In this document: positions 19,835 to 28,790 of the stretch, piece after piece
Position numbering within the stretch: position 1 is the first letter of the stretch
Layout of the letters: every line of letters starts with the position of its first letter
DNA from: Myxococcota bacterium
GTDB lineage: Bacteria > Myxococcota_A > UBA9160 > PR03
Direction: 5' to 3'
NCBI GenBank assembly: GCA_041611735.1
Contig: JBFIML010000002.1
Coordinates: forward strand, 91,402-155,401
Length of the DNA: 64,000 nucleotides
Notes under the pieces: model-generated
Database searches by the model: none
What the model saw: only the letters and a program-made list of their open reading frames with translations
Told to the model about the DNA's origin: nothing
Program-made: the position numbers and the translations under genes

Positions 19835-20545
19835 TCAAGAACGTCCCCGGAATCGCAGGCGCGGGAGGGTGGGTGCCAGGTGGGGATCGCGGGCTACGGC
19901 GGCACGCAGGCGCCGAGCGTCCAGATTCGGGCCGCCGGCGAGGATGCGGTTGTCGAAGTCGCGGTGCCGGATCTCCAGCCGCGACGGGGCGAGACCACCC
20001 AGCACGCGCGCCGAATGCGGAGCGTCGTCGAGCGTGTTGGTGACGATCACTCCCCCGTGCGCCAGGCGGCGGGCCGCCAGGCGCAGGCCGGGCTCGGGAA
20101 GCCAGTCGGGCTTGCGCACCGAAGGCCCCCGTCCGACGAACACGTCGTCGATCACGAGGTCATAGTGACGACGCTCGGTGGCCAGGAAGGCGCGCGCGTC
20201 CGCTTGCACCACCTGGACGCCGAGGGCATCCAGATCGAACCAACGCCGGGCCGCTGCCACGACGTCGGCATCGACCTCGACGCCCACCAGCCGCGCGCGG
20301 GGCGCCAGGGCGCGCAGGAGCCGGGCAGCGCTCCCCCCGCCGAGGCCGAGCAGCAGCACCGCGCGGCGCCGGGACGGGGGCAGCGCCAGCAGCGGCGCCG
20401 CCAGGGCGTCCCATACCGAGCCGGTGGCCGTCGAGCCCGGGGTCCACCAGGACGCGAAGGTCCCGTCGATCTCCAGCGCCCGGCCTCTTCGCCCGTCGCG
20501 CACCACGACGCGCGCCCTGCGGTCCGCCCGGTACACTGCCGCCAT
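19835..20545 (-). CDS. SAM-dependent methyltransferase, spermidine-synthase-like
   Basis: LLLGLGGGS, VGVEVD, ADARAFL, YDLVIDDVF. Confidence 0.8.
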   Translation of the reverse strand: MAAVYRADRRARVVVRDGRRGRALEIDGTFASWWTPGSTATGSVWDALAAPLLALPPSRRRAVLLLGLGGGSAARLLRALAPRARLVGVEVDADVVAAARRWFDLDALGVQVVQADARAFLATERRHYDLVIDDVFVGRGPSVRKPDWLPEPGLRLAARRLAHGGVIVTNTLDDAPHSARVLGGLAPSRLEIRHRDFDNRILAGGPNLDARRLRAAVARDPHLAPTLPRLRFRGRS

Positions 20546-23018
20546 GCCCTCTGCGCCCCCGGCGACCCGCGCCTGCGTGGTGGAGGTCGCCCTACCCGTC
20601 CCGGTCCACGCGCTCTTCGACTACCGTGTCCCGTCCTCCCTGGCCGCCCAGGCGGAGCCCGGCTGCCGGGTGCGCGTGCCGTTCGGCTCCCGACGCCTGG
20701 TGGGCGTGGTGGTGGCCCGCCGGGACCACGCGGCGGACGGACGCCGCCTGCGCAGCATCGAGCGGATCCTGGATGCAGAGCCGGCGCTATCCCCCTCGCT
20801 GCTGCGCATCCTACGCGAGACCGCGGAGGAGGTCCTGTGTCCGCCCGGCCTGGCCCTGGCCGCGGCGCTCCCCCCGGGCTCGGCCCCGCGTGCCGACGTG
20901 GGCTTCGCGCTCACGCCCCTGGCCCGGGAGGCCCTCTCGCGCGGCGCCCTGGAGCCGCGTGCCCGGGCGCTCCTGGCGGCCCTGGTGGAGGGCCCGCGCC
21001 CGCGCCGCGCCCTCGAGCGGCGCTTCGGCCCCGGCGTGGCGCGTCTGCGCGTGCTGGAGCGGGAGGGACTCGTGACGCGCGTGACGCTGGAGCGCGGACC
21101 CGCCGCCCGGGCCCCGCTGGAGCGGGTGGCGCTCCCGGCCGTCGACGCCCCCGCTCTCGAGGCAGCCCTGGCCGGGCCGCTGGTCCGGGCGCCGCGTCAG
21201 GCGGAGCTGCTGCGGCACCTGGCCGCGCAGGGCGCCGTCGGGGTGCCGGCCCTGACGAACCGTTTCCCGCGGGCGACGGCGCACGTGCGCGCCCTGGCCG
21301 CCCGGGGCCTGGTGCGCCTGGAGGAGCGGCCCGCCCCGCGGCCGCCTCCCGTCGCCGTGCCCCGCGACCGCGAGCCGCGCCTCGCGGCCGAGCAGCAGGA
21401 GGCCCTCGCTGCCGTGAGCGCTGCCGTCGAGGCCCGGCGCTTCGCCCGCTTCCTGCTCCACGGGGTGACGGGCAGTGGCAAGACCGAGGTCTACCTGCGG
21501 GCGATCGCGCGCGCCCTCGCCCTGGGCCGCCAGGCCCTCGTGCTGGTGCCCGAGATCGGCTTGACCCACCAGCTCGTGACCCGGCTGCGGGCGCGTTTCG
21601 GCGACCGACTGGCAATCCTCCACAGCGGCCTGCGCCCCGGCGAGCGGCTCGCCGAGTGGCATCGCCTGCGCGCGGGCGCGACCCCCATCGCGGTCGGGGC
21701 GCGCTCGGCGCTCTTCGCACCCCTCGACGACCTCGGCCTGGTCGTGATCGACGAGGAGCACGACTCCGCCTACAAGAACGAGGAGGGCTTCCGCTACCAC
21801 GCGCGCGACCTGGCCGCCCGACGCGCGGAGGCCGCCGGCTGTCCCCTGCTGCTGGGCACCGCCACCCCGTCCCTGGAGAGCCGCTTCGCGGCCGACCGCG
21901 GAGCGGCGCTTCGTCTCGTGCTGCCCCACCGCATCGGCGGTCGCCCCCTGCCCGCCGTGGAGATCGTCGATCTGGCCGCGGAGCGGGCGCTCGTGCCGCG
22001 CGGACGCCGGCTGGTGTTGTCGCGGACCCTGCGCCGGGCGCTGGCCGAAACTCTCGCCGAGGCCGGACAGGCGATCCTGTTCCTCAACCGACGCGGCTTC
22101 TCGACCCGGATCTTCTGCTTCGATTGCGGCCACGCGGAGCGCTGCAAGCATTGCGACATCTCGCTGGTCTTCCACGCCACGGAGGAGCGGCTGCGCTGTC
22201 ACTACTGCGACTTCTCGATCCCGCCCCCGGAGCTGTGCTCGGGCTGCAGCGCGGGCCCGGCAGCGCTGCTCGGGATCGGCACGCAGCGGCTCGAGGAGGA
22301 GGTGCGCGTGCACTTCCCGGACGCCCGCATTGCACGCCTGGACCGGGACACGGCGTCGCGCCGCGGCGCGGTGGAGGGCATGCTGCGCGACCTGGAGGCC
22401 GGCTGCCTGGACGTGCTGATCGGGACCCAGATGGTGGCCCTGGGCCACGACTACCCGGGCGTGCGGCTGGTGGGGCTGGTAGCCGCCGACCTCGGGCTGC
22501 ACCTGCCGGACTTCCGGGCCGCCGAGCGCACCTTCCAGCTGCTCACCCAGGCGGCGGGCCGCGCCGGGCGCGGTCACGTGCCGGGCCGGGTCATCGTGCA
22601 GACCTTCGTGCCCGATCACTACGCGATCCGTCCGGTTCGCGACCACGACTACGAAGCCTTCTACCGCGAGGAACTGCGTCATCGGGCTTCGCTCGGCTAC
22701 CCGCCCTTCGGCCGTCTGCTGCACGTGCTGGTCTCGGGCCCCGACGCGGCGGAGGCGCAGGCGGAGGCAGAGCGGATGGCATCGCGGGCCCGGCAGGCGG
22801 CGACCGCCGGCGGCGCCACGGAAGCCGGGGCGGTCGAGATCCTGGGTCCCGCTCCGGCGCCCATCGCGCGTCTGCGCGACCGCCACCGCGTGCAGCTCCT
22901 GGTGAAGGGGAGCGACGCGGCGCAGGTGCTGGAGATCGGGCGTGCTCTCGTGCGCGCGGAGCAGGGCCGCAGCGGCGCGCGGGTCCAGGTGGACCCGAAC
23001 CCCGTGAGCATGCTCTAG
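20544..23018 (+). CDS. priA: Primosomal protein N' (replication restart helicase)
   Basis: HGVTGSGKTEVY, DEEHDSAYK, NRRGFS, two Cys-rich Zn motifs, QAAGRAGR, VDPNPVSML. Confidence 0.97.
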   Translation: MPSAPPATRACVVEVALPVPVHALFDYRVPSSLAAQAEPGCRVRVPFGSRRLVGVVVARRDHAADGRRLRSIERILDAEPALSPSLLRILRETAEEVLCPPGLALAAALPPGSAPRADVGFALTPLAREALSRGALEPRARALLAALVEGPRPRRALERRFGPGVARLRVLEREGLVTRVTLERGPAARAPLERVALPAVDAPALEAALAGPLVRAPRQAELLRHLAAQGAVGVPALTNRFPRATAHVRALAARGLVRLEERPAPRPPPVAVPRDREPRLAAEQQEALAAVSAAVEARRFARFLLHGVTGSGKTEVYLRAIARALALGRQALVLVPEIGLTHQLVTRLRARFGDRLAILHSGLRPGERLAEWHRLRAGATPIAVGARSALFAPLDDLGLVVIDEEHDSAYKNEEGFRYHARDLAARRAEAAGCPLLLGTATPSLESRFAADRGAALRLVLPHRIGGRPLPAVEIVDLAAERALVPRGRRLVLSRTLRRALAETLAEAGQAILFLNRRGFSTRIFCFDCGHAERCKHCDISLVFHATEERLRCHYCDFSIPPPELCSGCSAGPAALLGIGTQRLEEEVRVHFPDARIARLDRDTASRRGAVEGMLRDLEAGCLDVLIGTQMVALGHDYPGVRLVGLVAADLGLHLPDFRAAERTFQLLTQAAGRAGRGHVPGRVIVQTFVPDHYAIRPVRDHDYEAFYREELRHRASLGYPPFGRLLHVLVSGPDAAEAQAEAERMASRARQAATAGGATEAGAVEILGPAPAPIARLRDRHRVQLLVKGSDAAQVLEIGRALVRAEQGRSGARVQVDPNPVSML

Positions 23019-23180
23019 GAGCCTGACCCAAGACTGGCGTGGGAAGGCCAGGGCGCCGATCCATCGCCGCGGCCAAGGCGCGCGACCGAGCCATAGCGGC
23101 GCTACGGCGCAGGGAGCGCAACGCGGGCAGCGGCGATGGATCGGCGTCCGGACGTCGCGCCCAGTCTTGGGTCAGGCTCC
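23018..23180. mobile_element. MITE-like non-autonomous element with 20-bp perfect terminal inverted repeats and nested internal palindromes
   Basis: GGAGCCTGACCCAAGACTGG (23018-37) is the exact reverse complement of CCAGTCTTGGGTCAGGCTCC (23161-80); internal 17-bp perfect IR at 23054-70/23130-46. Confidence 0.7.
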
Positions 23181-23211
23181 CAGGTCGGAGCTTCGCTATC
23201 CTGCTCGGGCC

Positions 23212-23778
23212 ATGCCGATCCTCGAGGTACTCGAATTCCCCGACCCCCGTCTGCGGCGCGTGTCCGAGCCCGTGGAGCAGATCACGTCGGATCTGCGTCG
23301 CCTGGCCACGGACATGCTGGAAACCATGTACGACGAGCCGGGGATCGGCCTCGCGGCGCCCCAGGTGGGAGAGCCGGTCCGGCTGATCGTGCTCGACACC
23401 GACTGGACCGAGGAAGGGGCCGACCGGAGCCCGCTCGTGCTGGTCAACCCGGAGATCGTCGAGCGTGCCGACAAGGTCGTCTGGACCGAGGGGTGCCTCT
23501 CGGTTCCGGAGTTCACGGCGGACGTGGAGCGCGCAGCGCGGGTGCGGGTGCGTGGCCTCGACCTGGACGGCCACGAGTTCGAAGAGCAGGCGGAGGGACT
23601 GCGGGCGGTGTGCTTCCAGCACGAGGTCGACCACCTGAACGGTGTTCTCTTCATCGACCGGTTGAGCCGGCTCAAGCGCAACCTCTACGTGTCGAAACGC
23701 AAGAAGGCCCTGCGGGCGGAGGGGGCCTCCTGGCCCTCGGCCGGCGAGCGCCCGCCCGCGGTGCCCGGGGCGTCCTGA
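23212..23778 (+). CDS. def: Peptide deformylase
   Basis: GIGLAAPQVG, EGCLS, QHEVDHLNG. Confidence 0.97.
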   Translation: MPILEVLEFPDPRLRRVSEPVEQITSDLRRLATDMLETMYDEPGIGLAAPQVGEPVRLIVLDTDWTEEGADRSPLVLVNPEIVERADKVVWTEGCLSVPEFTADVERAARVRVRGLDLDGHEFEEQAEGLRAVCFQHEVDHLNGVLFIDRLSRLKRNLYVSKRKKALRAEGASWPSAGERPPAVPGAS

Positions 23779-24752
23779 GCACCCGCCCGCTGCGCCTGAT
23801 CTTCTTCGGCACGCCCGAATTCGCGGTGCCGACCCTCGAGCGACTGCTGACGGGCCCGCATCCGGTGGTGGCGGTGGTCGCCCAGCCGGACCGACCGCGC
23901 GGACGCGGGCGCCGCCCCGCCCCCAGTCCGGTGGCCGCCGTGGCCCGGCGCGCCGGGGTGCCGCTGTTGCAGCCGGAGCAGGTGGCGGAGCCCGAGGTGA
24001 CGGCCCGTCTCGGCGCCTTCGCCCCGGACCTCGGCGTCGTGGTGGCCTTCGGCCAGTTCCTGCCGCGGCGCGTGCGCGAGCTGCCCGCCCTCGGCTTCCT
24101 GATCAACGCCCATGCGAGCCTCTTGCCGCGGCAGCGGGGGGCGGCGCCCGTGGCCCACGCGATCCTGGCCGGCGACGCGGAGACGGGCGTGAGCGTGATG
24201 CGGGTGGAGCGGGAGATGGACGCGGGTCCGGTGGCGCTGGTGCGGCGCACGCCGATCGGCGCCGACGAGACGGCCGGCGAGCTGACGGCGCGCCTGGCCC
24301 GGCTCGCCGCCGACGCGATCCAGGAGGCGGTGGAGCAGGCCGCCGCGGGTCGCCTGCGCTGGACGCCCCAGGACCCCGCCGCCGCCACCTTCGCCCCGAA
24401 GCTCGGTCCCGAGGACGGCCGCCTCGACTGGAGCGAGCCCGCCGCGGCGCTGGCCCGCCGGGTGCGTGCGCTGGCGCCCCGCCCCGGGGCGTGGACCGAG
24501 TGGCAGGGGGAGCGACTGCGGGTCCTGGCCGCCACGTCCTGCGACGCCGCCACGGAGCGCGCCGCCGGCGTGGTGCGGCGGGGCGGCGACGCGCCGCTCG
24601 CGGTGGCCACGGGCGCGGGCTGGCTCGTGCCGCGCGTGCTGCAGCGGGCCGGGGGACGAGCGCTGGACGCGGAGACGTTCCTACGGGGACGGCCGATTCC
24701 GGACGGGGCGCGCCTCGGCGGAGATTCCCCGGCTGCTACACTTGACTTCTGA
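23775..24752 (+). CDS. fmt: Methionyl-tRNA formyltransferase (probable CTG start)
   Basis: RLIFFGTPEFA, QPDRPRGRG, NAHASLLPR, MDAGP; follows def; start codon uncertain. Confidence 0.93.
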   Translation: MSTRPLRLIFFGTPEFAVPTLERLLTGPHPVVAVVAQPDRPRGRGRRPAPSPVAAVARRAGVPLLQPEQVAEPEVTARLGAFAPDLGVVVAFGQFLPRRVRELPALGFLINAHASLLPRQRGAAPVAHAILAGDAETGVSVMRVEREMDAGPVALVRRTPIGADETAGELTARLARLAADAIQEAVEQAAAGRLRWTPQDPAAATFAPKLGPEDGRLDWSEPAAALARRVRALAPRPGAWTEWQGERLRVLAATSCDAATERAAGVVRRGGDAPLAVATGAGWLVPRVLQRAGGRALDAETFLRGRPIPDGARLGGDSPAATLDF

Positions 24753-24811
24753 GTTTCGGGGATGACCTTGTTGCTCTCGCGGGGACAGGCCCGCGCAGAC
24801 AGGAACGAGCC

Positions 24812-25672
24812 ATGAACAACTTGAAGACCGGCTTCCTGCTCATCGCCCTCACGGCCGTCCTGGTCTGGGTGGGCGGTCTCTTCGGGGGCCGTGAAGGCGC
24901 GCTGATCGCCTTCGGTCTCGCGCTCGTGATGAACGCGGTGAGCTACTGGTTCAGCGACCGGCTGGTGCTTCGCATGTACCGGGCGCGCCCCGTGACGGAG
25001 GCCGAGGCACCCCAGCTCTACGGTCTCGTGGCGGACCTGGCCCAGGCCGCCCGCATGCCCATGCCCAAGGTCTACGTGATCCCGGGGCCCACGCCGAACG
25101 CCTTCGCCACCGGGCGGAGTCCGCGGCACGCGGCGGTGGCGGTGACCGAGGGGATCCTGCGCGTCCTGGAGCGTGACGAGCTGCGCGGCGTACTGGCCCA
25201 CGAGCTCTCCCACGTGGGGCACCGGGACATCCTGATCAGCAGCGTGGCCGCCACCATCGTGGGCGCCATCGGCGTGCTCTCGCGCATGGCCCAGTGGAGC
25301 GCCATCTTCGGGATGGGACGCCAGGACGGCGACCGGCCCAACCCGCTGGTGCTGCTGGCGGTCACCATGGTCGCGGCGCTCGGAGCCATGCTGATCCAGC
25401 TGTCCATCTCGCGCTCGCGGGAGTTCGAGGCGGACGCCGGCGGGGCGCGGCTGGTGGGCGACGGCGAGCCCCTGGCGCGCGCCCTGGAGAAGCTGGAGAT
25501 GGGCGCGCGCGCCATGCCCATGGACGCCAATCCGGCCACGGCGCACATGTTCATCGTGAGCCCGCTGGCGGGGGGCACCGGGGCGGCCGGCACTTTCGCG
25601 AAACTCTTCCGCACCCATCCCCCCACCGCGGAACGGGTGGAGCGTCTGCGCAGCCGCGCCTGGGCGCGCTAG
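24812..25672 (+). CDS. htpX: Zinc metalloprotease HtpX
   Basis: PNAFATGR, AHELSH, SRSREFEAD, THPPT. Confidence 0.95.
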   Translation: MNNLKTGFLLIALTAVLVWVGGLFGGREGALIAFGLALVMNAVSYWFSDRLVLRMYRARPVTEAEAPQLYGLVADLAQAARMPMPKVYVIPGPTPNAFATGRSPRHAAVAVTEGILRVLERDELRGVLAHELSHVGHRDILISSVAATIVGAIGVLSRMAQWSAIFGMGRQDGDRPNPLVLLAVTMVAALGAMLIQLSISRSREFEADAGGARLVGDGEPLARALEKLEMGARAMPMDANPATAHMFIVSPLAGGTGAAGTFAKLFRTHPPTAERVERLRSRAWAR

Positions 25673-25676
25673 GCCC

Positions 25677-27107
25677 TTGCCTCCCGACGAGGTCGGACGC
25701 CGCGCGCGGCGCGGTCCGCCTCCGCGCGGGCCCGCGGGCCGTCGGCGCACGGAAGCGCCGAACCAGGCGCGCCTGCTCGCCCTGCGCGTGCTCGAGCGCG
25801 TGGAGCGGGCGCGGGCGTACGCCGACCTGGCCCTGCACGCCGCCCTCGAGCGCAGCCGCCTGGCGGACCGCGACCGCGCCTTCGCCACCGAGCTGGTCTA
25901 CGGCACCCTGCGCTGGCGCGGACGGATCGACTTCCTGCTGGCCCACGTCCTCGACCGGGACCTCGGCAAGCTCCAGCCCCAGGTGCTGACGGTGCTGCGG
26001 CTGGGCGCCTACCAGCTGCTCTTCTGCGACCGGGTTCCGTCCCGGGCCGCCGTTTCCGAGTCGGTGCGGTGCGCGCGGGCGGCCGGGCTGGAGCGCGCCA
26101 CGGGCCTGGTGAACGCGGTGCTCCGGCGCCTGGCGGCGAGCCACACCACCACCGCCCTGCCCGACCTGGAACGCGACCCGCTGGGCCACCTGACCCATGC
26201 CCTGTCCCTGCCCGCCTGGCTGGCGGAGCGCTGGATCGCCCGGTACGGAGCCCCGGAAGCCGCCGCCCTGGCCTGCGCCTCCAACGAGGTGCCCCGGCGC
26301 ACGGTGCGGGCGAACCGACTCCGCGTCTCGCGCGAGGCCCTGCTGGCGGAGGTCCGGGAGCGCTTCCCCAACGCGGCAGCCTGCCGCTTCGCACCCGACG
26401 GCATCGTGCTGGGGCGCAAGGGCGACCCGGCCCGGGATCCGGCCTTCCTGGACGGGCGCTTCACGATCCAGGACGAGGCCTCGCAGCTGGTGGTCGAGCT
26501 GCTCGCTCCCCGCCCGGGAGAGCAGGTCCTCGACGCATGCGCTGCGCCGGGGACCAAGGCCACCGCCATCGCCGAGCGCATCGGCGCCTCCGGGTCCGTG
26601 GTCGGCCTGGACCGGCACCCGCGCCGCATCGGGCTGCTCGCCCGGGACGCTCGCCGCCTGGGCCTCGACAACGTGCGGACGATCACCGCCGATGCGTCCC
26701 GGCCGCTGGCGGAGCGGCTGCCCCTGGCCAGCTTCGATCGGGTGCTGGCCGACGTGCCCTGCTCGGGCCTCGGCACCCTGCGCCGGAATCCGGACCTGCG
26801 CTGGCGTCTGCGCCCGGAGGACCCGGCGCGCCTGGCGGTGGTGCAGCGGACGATCCTGGTGCACGTGGCGCCTTTCTTGAGGCCGGGCGGCGTGCTCGTC
26901 TACAGTACGTGTTCCTTTACGCCGGAGGAGACCGACGCGGTGGTGCAGGCGTTCCTGGACGACACCCCGGGTTTCCGGCGCACGCCCCGGGCCGAGCTGC
27001 CGCCCGGGCTGCACCCGGTGTGCGGCGCGGACGGCGCCCTGCGCTGCCTGCCCCATCGCCACGACACCGACGGGTTCTTCGCGGTCCGGCTGGAGCGGCT
27101 CTCGTGA
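25677..27107 (+). CDS. rsmB: 16S rRNA m5C967 methyltransferase RsmB/Sun
   Basis: NusB-like N terminus, QDEASQ, DACAAPGTK, DVPCSGLG, VYSTCS, DGFF. Confidence 0.93.
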   Translation: MPPDEVGRRARRGPPPRGPAGRRRTEAPNQARLLALRVLERVERARAYADLALHAALERSRLADRDRAFATELVYGTLRWRGRIDFLLAHVLDRDLGKLQPQVLTVLRLGAYQLLFCDRVPSRAAVSESVRCARAAGLERATGLVNAVLRRLAASHTTTALPDLERDPLGHLTHALSLPAWLAERWIARYGAPEAAALACASNEVPRRTVRANRLRVSREALLAEVRERFPNAAACRFAPDGIVLGRKGDPARDPAFLDGRFTIQDEASQLVVELLAPRPGEQVLDACAAPGTKATAIAERIGASGSVVGLDRHPRRIGLLARDARRLGLDNVRTITADASRPLAERLPLASFDRVLADVPCSGLGTLRRNPDLRWRLRPEDPARLAVVQRTILVHVAPFLRPGGVLVYSTCSFTPEETDAVVQAFLDDTPGFRRTPRAELPPGLHPVCGADGALRCLPHRHDTDGFFAVRLERLS

Positions 27108-27775
27108 GCCGGCGCGCCCCGCGCATCGCCCCCTCCATCCTCTCCGCGGACTTCGCGCGCCTGGGAGACGAGGTGCGGGCAGTCGAGCGCGCCGGCGCCG
27201 ACTGGATCCACGTGGACGTGATGGACGGCCACTTCGTGCCGAACCTCACCATCGGGCCGCTGGTGGTGGAGGCCGTGCGCCGCTGCACGGCGCTCCCCCT
27301 GGACGTGCACCTCATGATCGAGAGCCCCGAACGCTACGTGGAGGCCTTCGCCAAGGCAGGCGCCAGCACGATCGGGGTCCAAGTCGAGGCGTGCCCCCAC
27401 CTGCACCGGGTGCTGGGTCAGATCCGCGAGGCGGGCGCGCGCGCCTCGGTGGTGCTCAACCCCGGCACCCCGGCGGCGGCCGTGGAGCCGGTGCTCGGCG
27501 ACGTGGACCAGGTGCTGGTGATGACCGTCAACCCGGGCTTCGGCGGGCAACGCTTCATCGAGAGCATGTGCCCGAAGATCGAGCGCATCCGGAGCTGGAT
27601 CGATGCGGGCGGTCTCGACGTGGACCTGGAGGTCGACGGAGGGATCGCAGCGGGAAGCGTGGGCCTCGCCGCGCGCGCCGGCGCCGACGTCTTCGTGGCG
27701 GGGACGGCGGTGTTCGGTGCGCCGGACTACGCGGCGGCGATCCAGGCGCTGCGGCGAGCCGCACAGGCGGATTGA
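27104..27775 (+). CDS. rpe: Ribulose-phosphate 3-epimerase
   Basis: IAPSILSADF, HVDVMDGHFVPN, MTVNPGFGGQ, VDGG; GTGA overlap with rsmB. Confidence 0.97.
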   Translation: MSRRAPRIAPSILSADFARLGDEVRAVERAGADWIHVDVMDGHFVPNLTIGPLVVEAVRRCTALPLDVHLMIESPERYVEAFAKAGASTIGVQVEACPHLHRVLGQIREAGARASVVLNPGTPAAAVEPVLGDVDQVLVMTVNPGFGGQRFIESMCPKIERIRSWIDAGGLDVDLEVDGGIAAGSVGLAARAGADVFVAGTAVFGAPDYAAAIQALRRAAQAD

Positions 27776-28010
27776 AGCCGCGTCGTGCAGCCGCGGCGAG
27801 GGCCACGGCTCGCTCGACCACCTCCCGCGGGTCCTCGTCCCAGACGTAGAAGCCCGGCCCCTCGGCGGCGAAGCCCCGGCCGCGGCGGTGCAAGCAGACC
27901 CCGTTCCCGTCGATCTCGAGCATGGCTCCAGTATCGACTGGCGGCATGACGTTCCTGTGACCGGATCGAGGGGTCTGGGTGGGCAGGCGCCCGACCCCGG
28001 GGGCATCGCC

Positions 28011-28700
28011 TCAACCGGCGGTGCGGGCCAGCTTCTCCGCGTGCTTCACGTTGCGCCCCTCCACCACCAGGATCACGTCCTCGGCGATGTTGGTGGCGTG
28101 ATCGGCGACCCGCTCCAGGTTCTTGGCGATCAGGATCAGGTCCACCTCCTGGGCGGAGATGGCGGGATGGGCGGCGATCTCCCCCAGGGCCGCCTCGATC
28201 AGGCGGTCCTCGTCGAGATCCACCTCGTCGTCGCGCCGCAGCAAGGCGCCGGCGCGCTCGGCATCCCGGGCCACGAAGGCGTCGAGGGACTCGCGCAGCA
28301 TGGACTGCACCTCCTCGGCCAGGCTCTCCAGCCTGGAAGGCAGCGGGACCGGCTCGCGCGCCGCCAGGCGCTCCGCGCTCTTGGCGATGTTGCGCGCCAG
28401 GTCCCCCACCCGCTCCAGGTCCACGGCGATGCTCTTGACCGCCAGGATGCGGCGCAGGTCGCCCGCCACCGGCGCCTGCAGGGCGATGGCGCGCAAGACC
28501 GCCTCGTCCACCTCGATGTCGAGCCGGTCGATCTCGAGATCGTCCTGGGCCACCTGGCACGCCAGCTCGGCGTCGCGCTGCTGGACCGCTCGCAGGGCCT
28601 TGGCCAGGATCGCCTCGCAGGCGCCGCCCATGCGCAGGATCAGCTCGTTCACGTCGCGAAGCAGGGGGTCGAGCAGTCGCGTCATCCGGTCCTCCCCCAC
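28011..28700 (-). CDS. phoU: Phosphate signalling protein PhoU
   Basis: QAPVAGDLRRI...DLERVGDLARNIA and LERVADHATNIAEDV repeats. Confidence 0.95.
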   Translation of the reverse strand: MGEDRMTRLLDPLLRDVNELILRMGGACEAILAKALRAVQQRDAELACQVAQDDLEIDRLDIEVDEAVLRAIALQAPVAGDLRRILAVKSIAVDLERVGDLARNIAKSAERLAAREPVPLPSRLESLAEEVQSMLRESLDAFVARDAERAGALLRRDDEVDLDEDRLIEAALGEIAAHPAISAQEVDLILIAKNLERVADHATNIAEDVILVVEGRNVKHAEKLARTAG

Positions 28701-28790
28701 GCCGCTGCGGGACGACGCCCAGGTGCGAGGGTACCTCGTCCTGTGCGGGGCGTCCCGTCGGGGACGGCCCGGCGGCCGCCCCCGACGCTG

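Noticed and set aside
24741-24775. Heat-shock (sigma32) promoter or CIRCE element upstream of htpX
   Set aside because: CTTGAC is present but there is no CCCCAT -10 or TTAGCACTC repeat at the proper spacing
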